This document shows, piece after piece, positions 36,901 to 45,300 of a stretch of 53,242 nucleotides of DNA; the stretch's first letter is position 1, and each line of letters opens with the position of its first letter. Location: IMG/VR virus record IMGVR_UViG_3300017788_000033, positions 1-53,242 of that record. One strand, written 5' to 3'. Below the pieces are notes generated by a model that saw nothing but the letters and a program-made list of their open reading frames with translations, ran no database searches and was not told the DNA's origin. Source of the stretch: a virus. Taxonomy: Duplodnaviria > Caudoviricetes. Both the position numbers and the translations under genes were made by a program.

Positions 36901-39347
36901 TATCAGGAACTTTTATTGAAAGAGCGACAAAGAGTTATAGTGAATCTTTTGGAACTATAACCATTTCTGGAACACCACTAATACATCCAGAAGTTGACTA
37001 TACACCAGCATATACTGGTACTGGAACACTTAGTATTTTTGGAGATGCTACTTATAGTGAGACAGATGCATTTGGTGTTGGTAGAAGACGTGGTGGAACT
37101 ATTAATCTTTGTGGAGATGCTACTTATTCTGAGACCGATGCATATGTTGGTTTGGGAACTATTTCTCTTGATAGAGAGGGAATTACAGTACCAGCTGTAC
37201 TTGCAAGAACAAGATCATATGTTGGTATTGAAACTATAATTCTATCTGATAGTGGACTTGAGTCTCGCACTGTCTTTATTCCTACATCTGGTATTGGTAC
37301 TGGATTTATTGGAGGTTCAATTACGATTCTTGGTGGTGCAACAGAATCTTATTCTGCACAAACACCTGAAGACATTCAACTATTTACATTCTCTGGAGAG
37401 CTTAATCATCCAAATATTGATTATACTCCACATTATGGTATTGAAAAGAATATTGGTATTGGAACAACCGGAATTCAAATTACCGAACTTTCTTCTGCTA
37501 TTGAGAAGTTCTCCGCAAATACTCCAGAAAATACTCAATTGTTCCAGATTCTAGGTTCTGGAATAGAAAAAGTAAAATTTGATACTCCGGAAAATACTCA
37601 ATTATTCACCATTTCGGGAGTTGCTCTTGAAAGTGAATCTGAATCTTATGTTGGAGTTGGTGGAACACTCACTTTAAGTGATTTTGGTATAGAAAAGAAT
37701 ACCGAGTCCTATGTTGGTGTCGGAACCTTATATGTTTCTGGAGTGGTTGATGATTCTGCTCAAAGAATTGCAAGAGGAACAGGAACAATAAATCTCGTTA
37801 ATGGATTTAGTCCACAAGAATCTTATCCATGGCTTCCTGAACCTGGTGTTGGTAGATCTTGGAGCTTTACTAGGCCAACTTATATTGATCAAGGTTCTCT
37901 TACTATTTCCTCCGGAATTGCTCAAACTCATTATTACTCACCAATATATCCACGAAATTCGGGAGATCCTGGTTCTGGTATTGGCACAATACGAATCAAT
38001 GATGATAAAGGTCTGACTATTACTAGAGCGGTATTGCCGTATTTTGCGAAAGGTGAAATATTTGTCAGTGGAATTGGAGCTGAATCCTTTACTCCTCAAA
38101 CTGAAATTGGTTCTGGACTTATTACATTATCTGGTATTTCTTCTACAAGGGAAATCAACGTATATCAAGGATATGTAACAAGTGGAACTATAACTATCTC
38201 ACAACAGACTCAATCAATAATTGAGAAGAATACTGAGTCTTATATTGGATTTGGAACAATATTCATCTCCGAGTCTATTGTAGAAAGAAATACAGAATCT
38301 TATTTTGGAACTGGAACATTATTTACTCTTGCTGGTTCTTCTGAAGTTTACTCTGCACAAACACCAGAAGATACTGCAACCTTAACAATTTCGGGAAGTG
38401 CAGAAGAATCTTTCGTTGCTCAAACTCCAGAAGATACGATTTTATATAAATTCTCTGGCGCAGCAACCGATGAAAGAATTACTAAGTCTTACGTTGGGTC
38501 TGGATCGGCAACTATTAGTGGTTCTGCAACAGCAAGATCTACATCATCACATTTAGCAACTGGAACGATTAGATTTGCGAAGTATACTTCGGATCAGAAT
38601 TATGATACTTGTGATTCTGTAGATATTACTTCGGATAATCTATACTCGGCTAAGGTAAGTTTTGTTGCAAATCCACCAGAAGATACTGTTCTATTTGTTA
38701 TTGATGGAGATGCAGGTACATCTGAAACTGCTCTGTATACAGAAACATCAACAGGTCTTTATATATTATCTGGAACATATCAGGATATTAAACTCACTTA
38801 TACCGAGTCTGGAATTGGTACAGTATTCATTACATCCACATCTAGTGAAAGTGAAAGAGATGTATATATTGGATCAGGAAGTCTATTTACAATATCTGGT
38901 GGAACAGAATACTATTCTGTACAAACTCCAGAATCCACAATTCTTCTTCAAATTTCCGGATCAGCAGTAACATCCGTAGAATTTGAATATTCAATTGCAG
39001 GTATTGGTCTCTTTAGCTTCAATGGATCTGCAAATACGTCAGAGATTGCATCATATACTCAAATTGGATCTGGAAATATAACTCTATCTGGTCAACTTGT
39101 TTATCCAGATATTGTCTTTATTCCTTCACCAGATGGTTCTGGAATAATTAATATTCTTGGATCTTCTGATAAATCTCTTACAAAAATATACGAGACTGAT
39201 GGAACCTTATTTAATTTCTCTTCTGGATTTGAATCATTTACTAAATCTACATATATTGGAATTGGAACAGTTTATATTCAAGAAATTTCTGGATCAACTA
39301 TTAACAATCCATTCCAGATTCCAAGAACTTATGTATGTATAATTTAA
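33951..39347 (+). CDS. Large acidic repeat-rich virion structural protein (1798 aa)
   Basis: GTG start overlapping the upstream stop; ~100-aa DYG repeats, then ~24-aa G-x-G-x-[IL]-x-ISG...E repeats. Confidence 0.8.
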   Translation: MTSPNVFAYNSDCKQPDPEIWGGGAAGGPLLISSGLDFSQKLSKKYVGDLPTFNFSIETALEKTSKKYIGNYPTYTLSTSFAAEFLVYNVPENTIVFSIQGESVDYFISSEDLGTPNLEYSGFITEKVTYDYSNPSSNVEFLSEDDGLITSTITSLVDYGLITSPLEEHLDYGSTEILGNTEAATGLIQVSGSSNYSAFIKEINTILLQTSGTCKEEVCFNPPIDENIFKNDISSSILTFDNNQLTFDISEPKPNIKLTGSSVNIFISNTPEGIFNIETDGICIENVTYNYSLPTNLPFISETSGLIVEGVTSQFDYGLITSEVSQGNEDLGLIINSAPVTPFGSIANITGSAFVKPPDDIRTYNASGEYKVTYSPDNTTGSLFNFGEKVESVTYDYNLSSADILTTFDEGSISTSPTEFVDYGFVYETSLSGIEDYNTIQITSSNLPFGSVSINGSATTEWINKNFSARGEYKVTYSPDDTTGSLFNFGEKVESVTYDYNESSSLILETLDIGLITDLITVSVDYGFITDIPVGQEDDGLITSSSTIIPFGGFTINGSATTEWINKNFSGNGQYKIVYNTSTFGSLFGFGEKLESVSYDYNETSVLIVGDPDYGQISIGSTTLDDYGFVAEPHVQTDDLGFVIGFPAISDVFPYGTITIFGSAIEFGLFEIPEETVVISIGGIGEESITYVPSINRKRYDKSFDSETLSLDSTVETFDDTTEQPNIKLTGSYDAPAVYSEVGSGSLFNLGIADESATYDYNNESVVILTTTDSGLITDPVTNTIDYGFITDPVIGQDDDGLISDIQTVVPFGRLTVNGSADTLWVNVNIYNSPESAVRVTYSPDDLSGTLFGFGEKLESITHRYTEQSVFIVGDPDYGVIAVGYTRTDDYGLITEAHSQRDDLGWLVGFPAIDDVYPFGSITILGSAFESNISSEVLTGLFVISGSADLYYTPEFAGTGSINISGSADVAFSPDFVASETLTLSGTFIERATKSYSESFGTITISGTPLIHPEVDYTPAYTGTGTLSIFGDATYSETDAFGVGRRRGGTINLCGDATYSETDAYVGLGTISLDREGITVPAVLARTRSYVGIETIILSDSGLESRTVFIPTSGIGTGFIGGSITILGGATESYSAQTPEDIQLFTFSGELNHPNIDYTPHYGIEKNIGIGTTGIQITELSSAIEKFSANTPENTQLFQILGSGIEKVKFDTPENTQLFTISGVALESESESYVGVGGTLTLSDFGIEKNTESYVGVGTLYVSGVVDDSAQRIARGTGTINLVNGFSPQESYPWLPEPGVGRSWSFTRPTYIDQGSLTISSGIAQTHYYSPIYPRNSGDPGSGIGTIRINDDKGLTITRAVLPYFAKGEIFVSGIGAESFTPQTEIGSGLITLSGISSTREINVYQGYVTSGTITISQQTQSIIEKNTESYIGFGTIFISESIVERNTESYFGTGTLFTLAGSSEVYSAQTPEDTATLTISGSAEESFVAQTPEDTILYKFSGAATDERITKSYVGSGSATISGSATARSTSSHLATGTIRFAKYTSDQNYDTCDSVDITSDNLYSAKVSFVANPPEDTVLFVIDGDAGTSETALYTETSTGLYILSGTYQDIKLTYTESGIGTVFITSTSSESERDVYIGSGSLFTISGGTEYYSVQTPESTILLQISGSAVTSVEFEYSIAGIGLFSFNGSANTSEIASYTQIGSGNITLSGQLVYPDIVFIPSPDGSGIINILGSSDKSLTKIYETDGTLFNFSSGFESFTKSTYIGIGTVYIQEISGSTINNPFQIPRTYVCII
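35052..35453 (+). repeat. Near-identical 93-nt direct repeat (period 309 nt)
   Basis: 35052-35144 versus 35361-35453, with 2 mismatches. Confidence 0.9.
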
Positions 39348-39349
39348 AG

Positions 39350-39357
39350 TATAAATA
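39350..39357 (+). promoter_or_regulatory. Late promoter TATAAATA
   Basis: Exact consensus upstream of the tail fibre ATG at 39391. Confidence 0.65.
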
Positions 39358-39390
39358 AATGAAGAAGATAAACCGTCATTAAGTATTTCC

Positions 39391-42300
39391 ATGACTAAAC
39401 AGGTACAGATAAGAAGGGGAACTACAGCTCAACATGCAGTCTTTACTGGAGCAGAAGGTGAAATAACTTTTAATACTGATACGCATTCAGTTGTTGCACA
39501 CAATGGAATCACAACAGGTGGATATGAATTAGCTAGAACAGATTTTGGAAACGTTCCTGTCGCTAAGTTTAGTGGAACTTTTGAAGTAGTTGGAGTAGCA
39601 ACAACTTCAATAGGATTAGGAAATTCATTATCTTCATGGGATGTAAAAGTTGGTCATGGTAATACCACACTTATTGTTGATGGGTCGGAACTTGTTACTG
39701 GAATTTTAACGGTTACTGGCCCAGTTACTTTAGCGAAAGAAAATACCGTAATAGGCGGTATGGATTTTGTAGGCGTTAGAACAGAAACTTCTCCAGAAGA
39801 TCCACTTTCCTCATGGCATGTTTCTGTAGGTAAAGGAAATACTGCTTTTGTTGTAGATCAAAACGCTTATATTGGTGGAATTGCAACAGTAACTACTACA
39901 AGGGGAACCGAAGCCACGTTTAATAAATTAACATTAACAAGTTATGGATCAACTACATTTGAATTGTCAACAGAAATTACAGCTAATGTAGGTATTGGCA
40001 CAACTGTTATTGGTATTGCTTACACAGATGGAGTAGCTATCGGAGATAAAGTAAGTATCGGAACATTTTTCTCCGATGTTACAATTACTGGATTTGCAAC
40101 AGTTGCAATTAGCACATCAAATCTATTTTTCCTACACACATCAATTTCCACTACGGTTAGTGCCGGATCAACTATTATTGGATTGACAACTACTACAAAT
40201 ATATCAATAGGAAATTCTATTAGTGTCACAGGTTATGCAATCACCAGTATTCCTATTGTCGGATTAACAACATTTAATGGTCCAGAAAGAAACGAAATCA
40301 TATTACAAACGTTTGTTAATGGAACAGTAGGGTCTTCAAGTACAGTCATTCCCGTTCCAGGAAATTCCGCAATATCTATTGGCAACTCTTTTACATCCGG
40401 ATCTGTAGTAAATAAAAGAATTGTTGGATTGGGAACCACATCTATTGCTCCTTATAATTCCGGAATTATTACAGCCACAACAACTACAGAAACTTTAGCT
40501 GTAGGTGCTACAGTTCTATATGTTGCAAATACTGCGTTAATTGCTATTGGTAATTCGGCTACAATTACTAACGTAGGTACTCAATATTTTATTGATGTTC
40601 CTATTACTGGAGTTGGAAATACATTTATAACAATTCCCACAGGTAGTGAATCAATTGGAACAGTTTCCATTCCTTCTGGATCTGTAGTTGCTATTAGTAC
40701 TATTTTAACAAACAGTGATTCAGTTATTCTTGATAGTGCAGTTGGAACTGGATTAACTGCAAATGATCCTGTTTCTATTAGTACAGTAACTGCAACTCTT
40801 TTCTATGGAGTTACTATTGGTGCAGCAAATACCATTGGAGTTGCAATTACTGCTGGATCAAATGCATCAATTTCAACGGTTACTAGTATTGGGCCTGCAT
40901 TGAGGATTGGTATAGGATCTACTTCACAATTTACAGTTTCTTCTGGAACAACAGCTATAATCCGAAGATACCAAGATATTGGAAGCACTCTTAATGTTGA
41001 TGTCCTTAATACTAAGGGATTGGACATCGTTGGTATTATGACCTTAAATGGTTTAACTTTTCCTACCGCAGATGGAAAGAAAGGTCAAGTCTTAACTACG
41101 GATGGTCAAGGAAATGTAGGATTTGCAACGGGCGGCGGCGCTGGCGGTTCTCAGGTTATTGTTAGAGTATCTCAAGCAACTGGAAATGATTCTAATGATG
41201 GAAGAACTCTTCCCGTTCAGACAATTAAAAAAGCTGCTCAAATTGCATCATTCTTAGGATATTATTTTAATACTGGTGCAACAATTCTAGTTGAATCTGG
41301 AGATTATATTGAGGATAACCCAATTATTCTTTATGATAATGTTAATATTATTGCAGATTCTCTTAGAAACGTAGTTGTCAGACCACAAAATGCTAACGTA
41401 GATTTATTTAAGGTCAGAAACGGTAACTATGTTACTGGTCTAACTCTCACCGATTATCTTGATGCAGAAACTAGAGCTCCACAATATACATTTAACCATT
41501 CAATTTCTTTTGACGAACCTTTTAATGAAAGTTTAGATAGAACTGGATATGCATGTACTTCAGTTGTAGGAATTACTTCCGTTCTTTATGATAATATTTC
41601 TGGTATTACGACTATTGTTACCGATAAAGATCATGAATTATATCCAGGAACCACCGTAAGACTTTCTGGTATTGCATTTACTTGTGGATATGATGAAGCA
41701 GGTATTTCGACCTTTGTTTATGACCATGTTTCTGGAGTATGCACGGCTACAACTTATACTCATAGAGGATATTCAATCGGAAGTAAAGTATTCCTCCATA
41801 ACTTACCATTCTCCTGTTCTGGTGAACATGCTGGAGTTACTACAACAATATTCCCAGATGGCACTTCACAATATGGAAGAGTATTTACTGTAACTGGTAT
41901 TAATACAATTGCAAAAACTATTAAGTTTAATGCTGGTGTTTCAACAATTCCTCATGTATTTGAAGGATGGGGTCGTAACTTTGTAACTAACGCCGTTTAT
42001 ACTCCTTCCAGTGGAATTACAACCATAACAGTTGCGACTGGAGTTGCGACAAATCATGGACTTCAAGTTGATGATAACGTATCTTTAGAAGGATTAAACT
42101 TCTCTTGTGTTGGATATACTCCAAATGCTCAAGTCAACATCACTAACGTAGATTATAACCATGTTGTTGGTATTGCTACGATTACAACTGATTCTGATCA
42201 CCGTGCTGAAGTAGGTAAGGGAATTAAACTTGCAGGCATTGCATTCTCATGTTCCGCTGAACATGCTGGAATTACCTCTACAATTTTCCCATATCCTGGA

Positions 42301-45300
42301 TCAAGTCCAAAAACTCTAGGGGCAAGTTATGATAGATTTGCAGTTAGATCGGTATTAAGTAGCACATCTTTTACTGTTGATGTTGGTATTTCTACTATTG
42401 CACATACCTATGTTTCTGGGGGAACTGCTCAATCCGGTATTACTACAACAATATTCCCAGATGGAACTGCACAACAACAAGGCGGAAACTCTAACGGATT
42501 CTCTGCTGATGGATTTACCTTTAAGGTAACTGGAATTACTACTAATACATTTACGTTTAAATCCGGTATTTCTACTATTGCACATACTTATGTTTCTGGT
42601 GGTACAGCCGGAAAAGTGGGAACAATTCAAAGAGTTAATACATACCCAGAACAAAATCCAGATGGAAGAAAAGATTTTGGTGTGTTCAAGGCAGAACAAC
42701 TCAATGAATTAACCATTAGAGCTGGAGTAAGCACAATTAAACATTATTATGTTCAGGGTGGAGATTTGGTTTTAAGTAAACCTTTAATTAATAAATCTCC
42801 ATATATTCAAAACTGTTCTATTCTTTCCTCTCTTGGTGGTAATGGCATTCTCGTTGATGGCGATAAAGTACTATCTCCAAACATTCCACCAGTACAGGGA
42901 ATTGCAGAAAATCCACCAGTAGGTGATACTCCAGAATTTGGTAAGTCAATGGTTGCTGCAACCTTTACCATGATTTCCTTCGATGGTATTGGTTGGAGAG
43001 TTATTAATGATGGATATTCTCAGGTTGTATCTTGTTTCCAAATTTTCTGTCGTTACGGATCATTAGCTCAGTCTGGTGGATATCTTTCCATTACTAACTC
43101 TGCTACAAACTTTGGTACTGTTGCTTTAAGGGCAACTGGATTTTCACCAAACTCATTCGTATTTGATAGAGGACGTATCGCTGCTACAGGAACTTCTGGT
43201 GGATTGCAAACTCTAAAATGCGTTGGATTTGGTAGAAGTGATCAGGATCTTTATGTTTTAAGATTCTTCAATGATGCTGGTGAAGATAAAACTAGCACAT
43301 TTAAACCAATTGTATTAGAGGCAACAGTAAATCCAGCAACAGGAGTTAATACGAATACCGATTATGTTACTGTTATTGGTCATCCCTTCTCAGAAGGAGA
43401 CTCTGTTGTATATCTAGGAAATGAACAAGCAGAACCACCAATTGTTATTGGTGGATTAGTTAATGGAAATATCTATTATGTGCAGTATATCGATAGTAAT
43501 ACTTTTAGACTATATGAAGATGAATCTCTTGGAAAACCAGTAGATCTTGTAGGTCCACTAAGATCTGGTATTAATACCTTCCAAAAGAATAACCAGGAAT
43601 TTATTGTTGATCAAATTATTTCAAATCACAATGTCTATCAAGAGTTGACTCTTGTTGGTGCTTCTACTGCTCATTTTGCTTCTGGAGCTCTTGTTCAACA
43701 AAATGTAAGTGGTGGTCAGGCAACTGGATATGCATTAACATACTTCTCTAGTGCTGGAACACTAATTGTTTCTGTTGAATCAGTTGGTGGTATAAGATAC
43801 ATGTTTGATGAGAGTGTTGCTAATGGAGGCGCAGGTGGAAATATTACTGATAATACTGGAGATCTTTCAGTAGGAGTAAGTTCTATTGCTGGAATTACAA
43901 CATATAGAACTATTGAATTTAAGGTAGACTCTACAGTTTCGGGCAATGTAATTCAGGGTATTGGAAGTCTCCCAGTTAATTATAGATGTCATTTACATAG
44001 ACCATCTATTGTCAACTCTTCTGCTCATACTTGGGAATATTCTGGATCTGGTACTGATTATAATGCACTTCCACAAAACGGCGGCAAAACAATTCTTGAA
44101 TCTGAACAAGTTTCAGAACTTGGAGGTCGTGTTTACGCTTCAGGTACAAACGAACTTGGTGACTTCAAGATTGGTACTCAGATTACTGCGGTAAACAGAA
44201 CTGGTAATATTTTCTTTAACAATAAGGTATCTATCGGTGAGTTGGATTCTATTAGACTTTCACTTTCCGGTGGTGTTGCGGTTGAAGAATTTTCAACTGA
44301 TTCAAACCTTGGTGAAGGTGAACTTGGTGGACCACAGAATAAGAGAGTTTCGACTCAATTGGCTGTTAGAAGCTTTATGGCCAACAGGCTCGGAACATTC
44401 ATTGATAAAACAGTATCACAGAATGCCATTCCAAATTCAGTTGTCCAACTTAATTCTTCAGGTCAAATTAATGCGGACTTAATTCCACCTAAGATTGTTA
44501 ATTTTACAAGAACTTTAGTTGGAAACGGTAAAACGGTTCTTGCTAACCAAATTCCTGCAATTAATATTTTACAGGGAGATACTGTAGTTGAACCAGAAAA
44601 TTCATTCGTTCTTGTCAATGACACTGTAAGTCAATATTTAATACTTGATAATCCAGGCAATAATTTTGTTTTCCCAAATGGATTTGAGGTTATCAGCACT
44701 CTAAATTCACAAGCAATAGGTGTTGTTACCACACCACCAAATGGTATTGGTGTTGGAACAACTGTCAAAAATTATGTTGGATATGGATTAACTGGTCTTG
44801 TAAAAGGGGTTCTTCAAACAGTAACTATTACTAGTGGTGGTTCCGGATATTCTCAGGCTGGAATTTATAGTGGAGTTCCTCTAACATCATCTAGTGGAAT
44901 TGGTATTGGCGCTTCAGCTATAATTACAGTTGGTGCAAGTGGCACCGTAACAGACGTTGATATTTTAGCTGGTGGTAGGTATTATGCTTCTGGCGATGTC
45001 CTCACTGCTTCCGACTCTGACATTGGTGGAAGATCTGGTGGTTCTGCTTTCACAGTTCAAGCTGCTTTAAATGAAACTAGACTATATTTAAAACTAACTA
45101 ATAACCAAAAGTTTGTTGGAAGTAATGTCCTTTCAGACTTTATTGCAGACTCAAATGCTGTTGGAATTAGTACTACGATTGATCTGGATTTAACATATTC
45201 AGATATTGATCCCACCGCAATGGAAACTGGAGGAGATATCGATTTCTCTAACGATAGAATTATTGTTGGTGCTGGACATACTTTACAGGATGGAGATGCT

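Noticed and set aside
35052-37143. Direct repeats as a CRISPR-like array (including 37041-37071 versus 37113-37143)
   Set aside because: Periods of 309, 306 and 72 nt are multiples of three and encode protein repeats; no repeat-spacer structure.
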